Positions 13,025 to 25,602 of a stretch of DNA of 64,000 bases are shown in pieces. How positions within the stretch are numbered: the stretch's first letter is position 1; each line of letters opens with the position of its first letter. The notes under the pieces were generated by a model. The model worked only from the letters and a program-made list of their open reading frames with translations, had not been told where the DNA came from and made no database searches. The translations under genes and the position numbers were made by a program. Source of the stretch: Octopus sinensis (Eukaryota); NCBI RefSeq assembly GCF_006345805.1, contig NC_043022.1:6386001-6450000 (forward strand), read 5' to 3'.

Positions 13025-13455
13025 TATTATATATCGTATATATAAAAATATCTCCTTGAATTCCCCTAATTTCCATCACTCTCAATGCTTGTGTAAGCAA
13101 AAACTAAAATGGTGATACAAAATACTAGCTTAAAAGCCATCAACTGCCCAAAGACCAAAAATTTATTAAATTTGAAAGAAAATTTAGAAAAGGTCTCATA
13201 TCCACAGAGAATTGTCTCGGCGCACCACCTTTGTGTCTTGATCTAAATTGATCAAACAAAAAAAAACGACTCAAAAGAAAATAATCTAAAATAATTTTGA
13301 ATAATATTCAGTTTGAAACCCACAAATTCCAAGTTTAAATTTGGAAAAGTTAAGCAAAAGGGAAATAATCTGATTTTTGTGATGTCAATCACCTTTTAAT
13401 ATTTTCTTCTTCTTCCATTCCCATGACTTATTTTCAATTTTAAAATACCTTTCAG

Positions 13456-13540
13456 ATACTCAGACTACTGCGAAAGGAATAACTCCTGTCTGGTGTTTAG
13501 CACATTACAGACGATCAAAAATCGTCATTCTCAATAATGG
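13456..13540 (+). CDS. ZP-domain protein exon 6, ZP-C (TQTTAKGITPVWCLAHYRRSKIVILNNG)
   Basis: ctttcAG acceptor, GG|gtaagc donor; CxA...IL.NG motif joins the next exon as NNGCG. Confidence 0.85.
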
Positions 13541-13950
13541 GTAAGCTTCACCGTTTTCATACTTAAGCACGTTCACGGTTGTGTTTCTTGGGTGCCCTTT
13601 GCGGCTTCAAGACCTCCTCGGGTTTTTGTTTGGTCCCAAATATCATTGAAATAGATCTATGATTAAAGGTATTCCACGTGTGAAGACGGCGAACTAATGG
13701 AGTCTTCGGGGCGTCGAATAGAATGACTCGCAACATTATTCATTCCGATTCACTGTGCTCTGCGTTCAAATCACGCCGAGGATGACTTTGCCTTTCATCC
13801 CCTCTAGGGTCAATAAATTGTCAGTCCAGGACTGGGATTAATTCTCTCTATTTCTCATATATATATATATTATATATATATATATACATACGTTTAAATA
13901 TTTGTTGTGCAAGATTTTTTTATGTGAAGTCGTGTGTTGAAACAGATATT

Positions 13951-14340
13951 GTTATATTTCGGAATGGTCATTTTGCCAGTTTAGCCAATAAAAACACACG
14001 CACTATATATTTGGTGTTATTTATTTTTTACATTAATCTTAATCTTATGTGCATACACCCCCTCCATCCCCCCACATACACTAAATAAACATAGACGCAC
14101 ATAGAGATATAAGCATGCGCAAATGAAGACATATAATAGAAATACAAAATGGCTGACGGTTAGTAAGGAGAGACACAAATAAGAAAGAAGAAAACAAAGG
14201 ACCACTGATGCGGTCACAGGAGTGTGACGAAAGAACTCTGGCCGAAATACGATTAAGATTAATGTAAAAAATAAATAACACCAAATATATAGTGCGTGTG
14301 TTTTTATTGGCTAAACTGGCAAAATGACCATTCCGAAATA

Positions 14341-14344
<4 letters not shown>
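13951..14344. repeat. Inverted repeat, 94-bp arms and 206-bp spacer, between (TA)n tracts
   Basis: 13951-14044 is the reverse complement of 14251-14344. Confidence 0.92.
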
Positions 14345-14386
<42 letters not shown>

Positions 14387-14775
14387 TATATATATATATA
14401 TATCTATATAACAATAATAAATCCTGAACGAGATATAAACAGTAACCGCTCGACAACGTAAGGGGTATTAGCCATCTGAATGTGGCTAGCCACTGGGGGG
14501 GGGGGGGGTTACTGATACTTTTAGCCCCAGGCGATCAACGTCACCAGAAGGACTTTAGACACTATCTCAGTGCCCTTGTGTTTTTGCAAAGGGAGGTCAT
14601 CCTCCCTCGAAGACCGAGTACTACATACGGACTATAGTTTTCAAGTATATATATATTATATATATATATATATATGTGTGGTGTGTGTGTTGCGTGTGTG
14701 TATCAAACCAGTGAGCCCATTTTTATACTAAGGCAACGATATATGTGAAACGAACTGTATTTCTGTCTTCTTCAG

Positions 14776-14928
14776 GTGTGGCAATGGAACAGTTATTCCA
14801 AAGATCTCCGGTTTCCACGTGGCCAGTTATGTATCCTGGAGTCCAGTATTCAAGTTACCTTTACATTCAAGTCAGTCACCGTTGGAGATCGAATGTCAGT
14901 TCGGTTTATGTAAGACAAATGTGATGGG
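14776..14928 (+). CDS. ZP-domain protein exon 7 (CGNGTVIPKISGF...SPVFKL...IECQFGLC[fs]DKCDG)
   Basis: ttcttcAG acceptor, GGG|gtaaga donor; resembles the VERL-type GCGDG.V.PK..GF...SP.F...F.C.F..C...CDG motif as recalled; needs +1 nt near 14912. Confidence 0.85.
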
Positions 14929-15626
14929 GTAAGACCTTTTCTCTCCCAAGAAATTTCTTTTCAACCGAATACTCTCTTTTCTCTCCCTCTCCTTTCTCTC
15001 TCCCTCTCCTTTCTCTCTCCCTCTCCTTTCTCTCTCCTCTCTCCTTTCTCTCTCCTCTCTCCTTCTCTCTCTCCTTTCTCTCTCCCTCTCCTCTCTCCTC
15101 TCTCCCTCTCCTTTCTCTCTCCCTCTCCTTCCTCTCCCTCTCCTTCCTCTCTCTCTCCTTCCTCTCTCTCCCTCCTCTCTCTCCTTCCTCCCTCTCCTTC
15201 CTCTCTCCTTCCTCTCTCTCCTTCCTCTCTCTCCTTCCTCTCTCTCCTTCCTCTCTCTCCTTCCTCTTTCTCCCTCCTCTCTCTCCCTCCTCTCTCTCCC
15301 TCCTCTCTCTCCCTCCTCTCTCTCCCTCTCCTTCCCCTCCCTCTCCTTCCCCTCTCTCCGTGTGTGTGTGTGTATATATATCCAAGGGATTTTTAACTCA
15401 ATATTCTACACGCTATTATATAGCTTAATCTACTTCGAGTTCCACCCAAAAAAACGGTATAGGCGCAGGCGTAAGTATGCAGTAAGTTTGTTCTCAACCA
15501 CGTGATACTTTAAGCGTTTCTCTTCCACCACACAGCCGCAGTCTAATGTTTGAAGAAGTAAAAGATAACACACACACACACACACATGTATATTTTTTTA
15601 TATGTATATTTATAATCTGTTCTCAG

Positions 15627-15708
15627 TTTTCCTGTCGAGGGATTCCAGTGACAACAGTCGGTTCTAGAATCGGTAGAACCAAACTTTACATAACGTCACG
15701 TCTTCCTG
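15627..15708 (+). CDS. ZP-domain protein exon 8 (FSCRGIPVTTVGSRIGRTKLYITSRLP)
   Basis: ttctcAG acceptor, G|gtaagt donor; completes CDGFSC; RIGR is a minimal furin-type site followed by a hydrophobic patch. Confidence 0.8.
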
Positions 15709-15728
15709 GTAAGTGACAAATTATCACA

Positions 15729-15760
<32 letters not shown>

Positions 15761-15951
15761 TATCTCTCTCTCTCTATCTCTATCTCTCTCTCTCTCACTC
15801 ACTCACTCACTCACTCACTCACTCACTCACTCACTCACTCTCTCTCTCCCACTCACTCTCTTTCTCCCACTCACTCTCTTTCTCCCACTCACTCTCTTTC
15901 TCCCACTCACTCTTTCTCCCACTCACTCCCTCTCTCTCTCTCTCTCTTTCG

Positions 15952-16004
<53 letters not shown>

Positions 16005-16109
16005 TTCGCTCTCTCTCTCTCTCTCGCTCTCTCTCTCTCTCTTTCGCTCTCTCTCTCTCTTTCGCTCTCTCTTTCGCTCTCTCTTTCGCTCTCTCTTTCG
16101 CTCTCTCTT

Positions 16110-16166
<57 letters not shown>

Positions 16167-16206
16167 TTCTCTCTCTCTCTTTCTCTCTCTCTCTTCTCTC
16201 TCTCTT

Positions 16207-16321
<115 letters not shown>

Positions 16322-16533
16322 GATTTCAAAAGTTCTTTATCCCTCTCAGAATTGTTAGAGCAATCAGTGTAAATACTTTCCGGCCTTTCTTTGCGTTCTG
16401 AGTTCAAGTCCCGCCGAGGTCAACAACATTCTTTCACCTTTCCGAGATCAATAAAATAAAGTATTTCGAGGTTGATTTAATCGATTTGAACTCCGTTTCC
16501 CCCACCTCCTTCCCAATCGCTGACCTCGTGCCA

Positions 16534-16898
16534 AATGCAGAAAATATCATTCACCTGATTTGGATGCTCAACCCGTTAGAATAGCAAACAAACCTCTCTA
16601 AAATCGCATTCTACCGCCTTCAAATAGGAAGGACGCATTGGATAATATAAACTTAGATACCTTTGTAAAGACTGGATGGTCATGAATGGAATGTCTTTAA
16701 TCATAGATCCGCTGAATGCAGAAAATATCATTCACCTGATTCGGATGCTCAACCCGTTAGAATAGCAAACAAACCTCTCTAAAATCGCATTCTACCGCCT
16801 TCAAATAGGAAGGACGCATTGGATAATATAAACTTAGATACCTTTGTAAAGACTGGATGGTCATGAATGGAATGTCTTTAATCATAGATCCGCTGAAT
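16534..16898. repeat. 181-bp tandem duplication
   Basis: 16534-16714 vs 16715-16895, one substitution noticed. Confidence 0.95.
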
Positions 16899-18017
16899 CA
16901 GGGGTGAATTTGAGCTAAACATCTTCCCATTCAGTTAAAGTTTCATCGGTTCAAACTGGACATCGTAATTCTCTGCGATTCCATTGCAATATCAACAGAA
17001 TTACATTATTCCTCCGTTTAGAATATTTGTTCGTCTTCCTCTTATTCTAACACCAGCCTCGACGACAGCGCCACCTTTATGGAAACGTATTTTTCTCACT
17101 TCTCTCTATTCTCAGTGATTTTAAATTTCGAATTAAGATTAGAGAAGAGGAACGAAGCTGGGGGTAATTAAAAATATGGCTGATGGTGGCGGTGGCAAAT
17201 GTCATAAACTTAGAAAAAGAAACCACTACACCTATTATGTACTTGAAACTAGTTAAAGTAATTAGATTTAATTATACTTAATGGGAGTAATTGAAAGAAT
17301 GGCGAATAAATGGCAGTTAACAAGCACTCTCTTAGCTACGACGATGAGGGTTCCAGTCGATCCGATCAACGGGACAACCTGCTCGTGAAATTATCGCGCA
17401 AGTGGCTGAGTACTCCACAGACATGCGTACGCTGAATGTAGTTTTCAGGGAGATTCACCAAGACACACAATGTGACAAGGCCGGCCCATTGAAATACAGG
17501 TACAAATCATTTTTGCCAGCTGAATGGATTGTAACATGACAAAAAGTGTCTGGCTCGAGGACACAACACGCCGCTGGGAATCGAACGCACAACCTTAGCT
17601 TCGTGGGACGAATATCCTAACCATTTGACCACGCGCCTTCACAAAATGAAGGTCAAATCGAGAATAGACACCGGGTTTTTCTTCTGCCAACCTGGGATTA
17701 GTAATTACTAAAGCGGTTTGACATTTTTTGTTTTTTACGAATAACTGTTTCTTGTGCGAATTGAAGTGACTCTGCGCGCTCTTGATAGAAACGATTTTTC
17801 CCTGTAGTTTCGGTCCCCAGGCGAACCGTTCCAGTTTCATTCCCTTCTTGGGGCAACTCCAAATACGAGGCTTCCACACTGCTGTCTTTCTGTAGTCAGC
17901 AAATCTCCATGACATTGACAACAGTACATCGCAAAGACCTATCTTGACCCTTAACCATCTATAACAATGGCAAAAACGAATTACTAGAATTCTTTAGTTT
18001 TTCAATCACTTTGTCAG

Positions 18018-18098
18018 AACCAGAAGAGCCAAAGACATTTTCGGACCCCAGACATTGTCCACGTTACAAAAACAACGATGCTTTGTCCACTTTATTCG
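18018..18098 (+). CDS. ZP-domain protein exon 9 (EPEEPKTFSDPRHCPRYKNNDALSTLF)
   Basis: ctttgtcAG acceptor, G|gtaagg donor, 81 nt symmetric phase 1/1, open frame. Confidence 0.6.
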
Positions 18099-18331
18099 GT
18101 AAGGGGCATACAGCCAGTATCTCGGTTTCGATTCCTGGTCATGGTAATGAGTTATGTTCTTGAACAAAACACTTTCATGTTTCTCCAATCCACTCAACTG
18201 TAAAAAATGAGTAATCCTGCAACGGACTGGCATCCTCTCCAGGGGGGAATTGAAGGAGTTATCCACTTCATTGTTTTGCTATGCGTGCAATTGGTCAGGT
18301 CCGTGGAAAGATTGGCAACTAGGAACAAGAC

Positions 18332-18601
18332 TGTGGTATGAAGGGAAAATTAGGAAAAAGGAGAATTGGGGCTTTCTTACCTGTCGGTTTGGAGGGAGCC
18401 TTCTCTCACCACCCACGTGGACGTTTTCTTCTCTTGGTCGGGCACACACACGTCTTGCCTTCACGCTGTCCGGTTGCCCTCTGACCTCTTCCCATGCCCG
18501 CTACGCGTGCTCTCTTGATCACTTCCGTCCTCAAGGACTCCCGACAGGACCTACCCAATCTCCCACTTCCGCCTTCACCACAGCTTCAGCTCAATACCAC
18601 G
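18332..18601 (-). repeat. 3' LTR of the Gypsy element (about 270 bp)
   Basis: TGTGGTAT...ATACCAC(g) termini; G-rich polypurine-tract-like run adjacent on the minus strand. Confidence 0.85.
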
Positions 18602-21571
18602 CCCCCGATCTAACAATCACTATCGCTTACATCCCTTTCATAGTCTTCCAGCCACTTATGTGGATGACGCTCTCTTCGGAATCGTCGCAAGGATGCGGTG
18701 CCAGCCTCTCCCTCTCTTTGTTCTTCGCCATTGGAGGAGCTCACGACACTCCTGACGCCGAGGACGTGGCGCAGTATTCCTTCCACCGACAGTTCACTGC
18801 TGTCACTCTTCCTTTCCTCCACTGAGTTGTATACCACGCATCGGGGGGGGGGTCGCCCACACTTCTCCCCCCACCCCGATTTGAACACTTGCTGACTATT
18901 CTCCCCTAAAGGGTCGCGATTCCACGCTCGGGTGTCTCTATTCGTACCTAAACACAGCCTTTTGCGAGACCGTCTCCTCAGCCTGTGCTGACCTTGGCGA
19001 CATATTGTACCAAACACTGCTTCAATGGGGGGAAATACACCCCCACCCCACCCACCCCTCAGCCATGGTTTTGATTGTGCGATGGTGACACCCCACAATC
19101 CCATTCCCGCCAGGCCTATATGCTGCTCTGAAGAAACGTCTGGTATTCCACTGGTCAAGCGTTTCTTTCAACTGAACCGAGCGAAACACTGTGCTGTTGT
19201 CCATCAACTGCCCCCACCCCACCCACCCCCACCTCTCCAGGAATATCGCATTTAGGACCTCTGCAGTTTCAGCCACAGTTATCATCCTAATTTCCTTCCA
19301 TATTGTCATCCGTCCTGGCCCACAGTCAGCCATTGAGAGGTACTGCCTTCCGCGATGATGAGTCCTCTCTATCGCCAGCCTCTTCCAATATTCTCCAACC
19401 TGAATCCCTTCCTGCCTCCTGCACACTCGGTGCGGGGTCTACAGACTGGCATCTGTCGCAGCTCCGCACCACTTTCCGTACACTTTCCCTGGTAACATTA
19501 GGGTCCACTTTCCTGGCCAGAAACAGTCCTGTCTACACCCATATGGTGCATGCGGCGCAACATCCTCAGCTCTGAACCCGCTGCAGCCACCACACTCTGT
19601 ACATCCTCTGCTTTTTTCACCCTGATTAGCACATCTGCTTTATTCTTTTCCGAAGGCACAAGTACTACCTGTAGTTTCAAGCCCTAACCGCCGCTTCACC
19701 ATCATTTCCGCGCCTCCCTTTGTGCGGACCCTCCTTTCATTGTTGACCACTGATGCCACCCACCCTCTTTCTGCAGACGAGTCGGTTCGAATTTCCAAAA
19801 CGTGGAGCCCCTCATCCCAGTGCCAGGTTCACACGCTGCATATTCCACCTCTACATCTACCACTTCCAGGATGACTCCTATCGCAATGCTACCTGCATCG
19901 CACCAAAGAACTCTCGTTTTTGTTTCGGGCACATTCCAGCTGCCCCTCACTAGATCTTCCGCTCTCACTTTCTCCAAAATGTCTTGCACCATGGCAGTTG
20001 TCTTCTCCCCCACTTTGTCGCTCCACTTTACTCCTTCGGCACGCTTCTTGATGAAATGCATGCTGTCCGGAGCCATCATACAATTGGGTAGTGTCTCACC
20101 AGCTTTCCACACACCGAAAAGAGTTCTCGCCTGCTCATATCTTTGCTCGGGTCCGGAATCCCATTTCCTCGGCAAAAAACAAGCCTACCCATCTGATCTC
20201 TTTCGATCTTGTGCCCCGGCGCACAGTCTCCTTCTATGGCCTCTGGCGGTTTAACAGTCAGCCCAAACTTCTTCAGATGATCTACGACTCCTTCTGCTGT
20301 CACTACACTCTCATCTACAAGGATGTCGTCGCTTGCTCCAGCTCGGCCACCTTCCCCGAGACCGTCTTTAGGACCTTTGCCCTAACTTTTGGTGCCGAAC
20401 TCAAGCCAAACCTCAACCGAGTCAAGCATTAAGTTCTATCCTTGTACCTCATCAGCTGGTACTTCCACAGTTTCTTGGACACGTGCAGTTGCAGATAGGC
20501 CGACTGCAGGTCGACGACTGTCGATGCTCCTGTCATGCGCTTCCAAACCCGCAAAGTTTCCTCGCAGACGTCTGCTGCCTCACCACTCATATGGCATGAC
20601 ACGTGCTCATTCAGTTCACGGAAATCTAGTACTGGTCGAACTTTGTTCTTCGTGGGATGGACCACAGCCATTAAGAGCAATGCACCATGTTTCTCTTCTC
20701 CTCCCCATGGCCTCAAAATACCCTTTTCTATCGAGTCACTTCCCTCTCAAATCAATTCCTGGCTTCTCCTTTGAGGGTGTGTTCGTAACTACTCACCCTG
20801 TTTCGCAACACCGGGGGCTCACCCTTCCAGAAGTACTCTACCGTCCATCATGTGCCATCGAATTTGGCCCGGAAATCCTCGTCTTCAATGTCGCATACAT
20901 CGTCCCCTCTTTCTACGTGCGTTCCGTAGCACACCACATCCGGTTTCGTAGTCTTTGCCTCATTCTTCTTCCCGTCAGTTTCCATTCACCTCTTTGTCGT
21001 TCTCGTCTCCGTCATCGTACAAATTACATCGTGTGTGTGTTGTTCTGAGTCATGACACGAGTTTGATCTATCAACTCGCTTACCGGCATTGTATGGATAC
21101 CCGGTAGCTGCTGCAAATTTATTGAGATGTGATCGGGAAATCCGGTCACAAAGGCCAACGTCACAACACTCACCAGTGCCTCACCAGAAATCTCTGCTAA
21201 AGCCACCAATCTCCTAATCTCACTCGCATAGTCGTCGACCTGTTGTTCTCCGATCCACCTCACGCTTCCGAGCTTACTACACACCTTAAAGGTTCCCTCC
21301 ATGGAAGCAATTTTCAGTCGTTCTTCGATCTTTTGCTGAATGTCTTCCGATATCTCTTGATACAGACTCAGTGCGCACTACGTTCTAAATACAACGGTAG
21401 GAGGCTGGCTTCGTCCTGTATCCCTTGCAATTTTCCTACCAGCTTCACCTCTATCCAGGCCACCACATCGCCTTGGCCAAAGAATACTCTCAACATGTCG
21501 CTGCAGAGTCTAATTTTCGATACCATATTTTACCGTAGATTTTATTTATTTATTTATGAGCCGAAATAGCA

Positions 21572-22180
21572 TGTGATATGAAAGGGAAATTAGGTAAAAG
21601 GAGAACTGAGGCTTTCTTACCTGTCGGTTTGGAGGGAGCCTTCTCTCACCTGTCGGTTTGGAGGGAGCCTTCTCTCACTGTAGGGTGTGCGCGATTTGAA
21701 TATAGAGGCACCTACTTTCTCTTCTTAGTGACGGAGACCCTCCTTTGGTGACTAGTCCTTCCGCACAGCCCCGACCCGAACACTAACGATAGCAGCTGCT
21801 AGCCCAAACCCTTAGCGACGTCCTCACACGTCTTGTCACCTGCACGACCCACGTTGGAAAGGGCGCAATTCCCCGCTCCCTGCGCACGCCTGACGGCTGA
21901 CCCCTTCCGGTTGCCCCAGCTTCCGGTCAACGCACCCGGCTGCTGACGTCCAGCTGCTGACGTCCAGCTGCTGACGTCATCCCACACTCACCACCCACGT
22001 GGACGTTTTCTTCTCTTAGTCGTACGCACACGTCCTCACTTCACGCTGTCCGGTTGCCCTCTGACCTCTTCCCGTGCCGCTGCCCGTGCCCTCTTCATCA
22101 CTTCCGTCCTCAGGGACTCCCGACAGGGTCTACCCAATCTCCCACCTCCGTCCTCACAACAGCTTCGGCTCAAACACACA
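21572..22180 (-). repeat. 5' LTR of the Gypsy element, interrupted by a solo LTR and a 29-bp duplication
   Basis: Colinear with 18332-18601 once 21650-21991 is removed; TG...CA ends. Confidence 0.85.
21679..21986. mobile_element. Solo LTR of a second family (308 bp)
   Basis: TGTAGGG...CCCACA termini with exact 5-bp target site duplication CTCAC (21674-21678 / 21987-21991). Confidence 0.85.
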
Positions 22181-22559
22181 TGGTCACAAGTGGAGATCAA
22201 ACCCATGTAACCGTAGTCGTTAAATATTGAGTAAAACCTCCATTCTCGTGGATAACGTTAATGAATGACCGGGGAAAATAAAAAAAAATCTTGCTGAAGG
22301 ATGGCGTTGTTATTCGGTGACGGAGTTCAACGGCGGCACCGAGCGATGATGTTTAAAACAGATTTCCTTCGCCAATTCCACCACCACCTCCGCTACCATG
22401 ACTTATTTCTGCAACAGAAAGTATCTAATTCCTTCAGAAATCAGCAACTAAACCAGCTGCTTCTCTATTAACTCCAGTTTCCGCCATAATTTCTCTGCCA
22501 AAACGCTGAGAGTTTCGTTTTGTTTTTATCTGTCTTGTTTTAGAACGAGGCTCAATGGT

Positions 22560-23180
22560 GGAGGCGATGGCGGCGGTGGCGTAATTGCGGTAGGAGTAGC
22601 GGCGGCGGTGGTGGTGGTGGTTGCGGTGGTGGCGGCGGTGGTGGTGGCGGTTGCGGTGGTGGCGGCGGTGGTGGTGGTGGTTGCGGTGGTGGCGGCGGTG
22701 GCGTAATTGCGGTAGGAGTAGCGGCGGCGGTGATAGTACTAGTTGCGGTGGTGGCGGCGGTGGTGGCGGCAGTGGTGGCGGTGGTGGCAGCAGTACTAAT
22801 TGTGGTGGTGGTGGTAGCAGTACTTGTTGCGGTGGTGGTGGTGGTGGCGGCGGCGGTAGTAGCAGTACTAATTGTGGTGGTGGTGGTAGCAGTACTAGTT
22901 GCGGTGGTGGTGGTGGTGGTGGCGGCGGTGGTGGTAGCAGTACTAATTGTGGTGGTGGTGGTAGCAGTACTTGTTGCGGTGGTGGTGGTGGCGGCGGTAG
23001 CAGTACTTGTTGCGGTGGTGGTGACGGCGGTAGTAGCAGTAGTAGTTGCGGTGGTGGTGGTGGTGGTAGCAGTACTTGTTGCGGTGGTGGTGGTGGCGGC
23101 GGCGGCGGTGGTAGCAGTACTTGTTGCGGTGGTGGTGGTGATGGCGGTGTTGGTATTGGTGGTGGTGGTGGTGGTTGTAT
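22560..23180. repeat. (GGT/GGC)n-based compound minisatellite
   Basis: Recurrent GGTAGCAGTACT(A/T)(A/G)TTG units between triplet runs. Confidence 0.9.
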
Positions 23181-25466
23181 AAGCGGTGCTAATAGATGTG
23201 AAAGCAATGGAATGTATTTTCTTTCCCTTCTGACTTCACTGGACTATATTTGATATGTGATAATGTGTTAACACCACCCAAAAGCATTAGCTGCTCTGAA
23301 AGGAATTTGATATTTCAAACACCCACAAACACCGGGTTTAATTTTTAAATATTTCTCCCTCTGCTTCTTTTTGTATTAGTTTTTGGGGCGTTTTTATTTT
23401 TCCTTGAGATTTGAGGATAAGGAGATTATTTGGTCTCTATAAGGCACCGCAGTCGAGATTTCGATTTCCGGTTGAAACAGCTTCACTTCGCTACCAAAAA
23501 CGCCTCTGAGGTTTTGTGCCTTACATGTGTGCCTGTATGTAACACACACACGCACACACATATATGATTAGTGTGTGTGTAGATAGATAGATAGATAGAT
23601 AGATAGGTAGGTAGGTGGTGGGTGGGTGGCTGGGTGGGTGGGTGGATGGATGGATGGATGGATAGGTAGATAGATAGATGGATGGATGGATGGATAGGTG
23701 GATGGATGGATAGGTAGATAGATGGATGGATAGGTAGATAGATAGATGGATGGATGGATAGATAGATGCATAGATGGATAGATAGATAGGTAGGTAGGTA
23801 GGTAGGTAGGTAGGTGTGTGTGTGTGTGTAATGTAAGTTCCCAAGCAGGAATTTTTCGAAGGAAGGTCAGAAGGGAATACAATTCCAGGAATAAAGGGCG
23901 TAACAATGTTATTTAGAAGGGTGCACTTTTCCTGAGGGAGGCACGTGCTCCTCAGCATCCACCGCCCTGGGGTCGGCCCCCGAGAAACTGTAGGGGCTAT
24001 TTAAAAGATGGTGTCCAAAACATTCACATTTGCTGGTTGCCCTTCTCTTTCTACTAACAAGTACTTCAGAGCCACAAACGCTTCGCCCCTTAAACTACAT
24101 GCTTCACTTAAGTGGAGCAGTGAGATCCCACTGGTGCAGCGAGGCCATTCTTTATTGTAGAAGGGTTCCACTAGCGATCCCTCCTCAATAACCACCACCT
24201 TGTGTCAGCGATTCGGGTTGTCTCCCTAGTTGTTTTCTTCAGTTGTTTCAGTACCAACCCGATCTTCTACAAAGGACAATTTACTAAGTTTGCAAGGAGT
24301 CTTTTCTTAACGTTCGTTTCAATTTTCCATTCAGAGATTTGATTCAAAATGAAAAGCGGATTTCTCACAGTTTTTATCTTTCCTGAATTTTCCGAACCTC
24401 AATATACTAAATCTCCAATTAAAAATCTACCCCTTTGAATAGTAAGTATTTTCTGCGAGTCTGCCAATTGGCAATTCCCGTGAAGATCCGGACGTGCCCT
24501 CCCCGCTGTCCCGTGTATTTTCGCATTGCTTTGAAATATCTCCTCGAAACATGGTTCGGGATAAAAAAGCAGGATGTCTTTTTTTCTTCTTTTCCTTAGA
24601 TTTTAATGTTTGGAGTTGGCAATGGGTCAGCTACAGTACACAAAGAGAATATTTAACCTTGGTCTGTCTCCCAGAATTCGTCCAACCCCAGGACAGTGGA
24701 TGCTCGTATACCTGTTGCGGTTGTCCCTCCCGAGCAAACTCAACTGCTTTATTCGACGATATTCCTCTGCTGTCTCTCGGTCTCTCTCTACTACGAAGCT
24801 CCAGTTGGTCCTCACACTGGCATAGCAATTGCATCACTAAGAGGTGGAGCTAAGTCCTAGATAGATTATTTAACGATCTCCTCGGGTTTCCAGCACATTT
24901 TTACTTTCCTCGGGTTTTTCATTCCTCGCTGCCCTCTATGGTCATGTTGATGCATCTGACTCTTCCATTCTCAAATAGAAACATTGTATTGATTTCTCTT
25001 ACTTCAATACTCTTGAATTCATTCACTATTAATGCAGTTGGTAAGCGGAGCTTCGAGATTTTGCTGTACGGATTAACCGAGCTGAAAGTTGGGGGAATAA
25101 CCGGCCATCGTCATACATATTTACTGCACTATCTCTCCATTGCTTCCACTGGTGTTGCAGAGAAATTATAAATCCGGAATGGCCGTTACAGTCTAGGTAT
25201 GGTGCCGTAGGAGAAGCACCACACTTTAAAACCTTCCGATTTGCTGGCTATGGTCAAGGTATGTTTAATATGGACGTTGTCCTTCGAGCTGCTGTCAAAT
25301 AACTCTTACCAAAGTGTCGGTTTCCTTTTTCCTGAATTTTCCGAACCTCAATATACTAAAATGATGTTTATCAGTTCCCCTTTCAGAATATTTAGGGTCC
25401 GAAATTTTTCCAGGTTTCCTCCGTAACTACGCAACCTCGTATGTTTGTATTTGTGTAGATGTATAT

Positions 25467-25509
<43 letters not shown>

Positions 25510-25602
25510 TCAATATAGGGTGGCAGGAAAATTTTGTAGAATTTTATTGCCACCAGGGCCCAGTGGGAAAAAATAAATAGTCATAGACCATTTTTAAGTT
25601 CA

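Larger units (their letters stand above)
18332..22180 (-). mobile_element. Decayed Ty3/Gypsy LTR retrotransposon, internally deleted, antisense in the last ZP-gene intron
   Basis: Two diverged LTRs; gag fragment 21024-21302; RT (VRPVLDFRELN, DLQSAYLQL, DDILV); RNase H (WCDAGSIAIG); integrase (HHMG, CDRC, GNGIVGCHHRTIK); many stops and frameshifts. Confidence 0.92.

Noticed and set aside
18332-22185. Target site duplication and tRNA primer site for the Gypsy element
   Set aside because: Flanks (caagac / tggtca) do not match, and the sequence after the 5' LTR is not a clear PBS
24600-24853. Simple phase-1 exon of the ZP gene (DFNVWSWQW...)
   Set aside because: Good acceptor but no convincing phase-1 donor; kept only within the broader 24335-25440 finding
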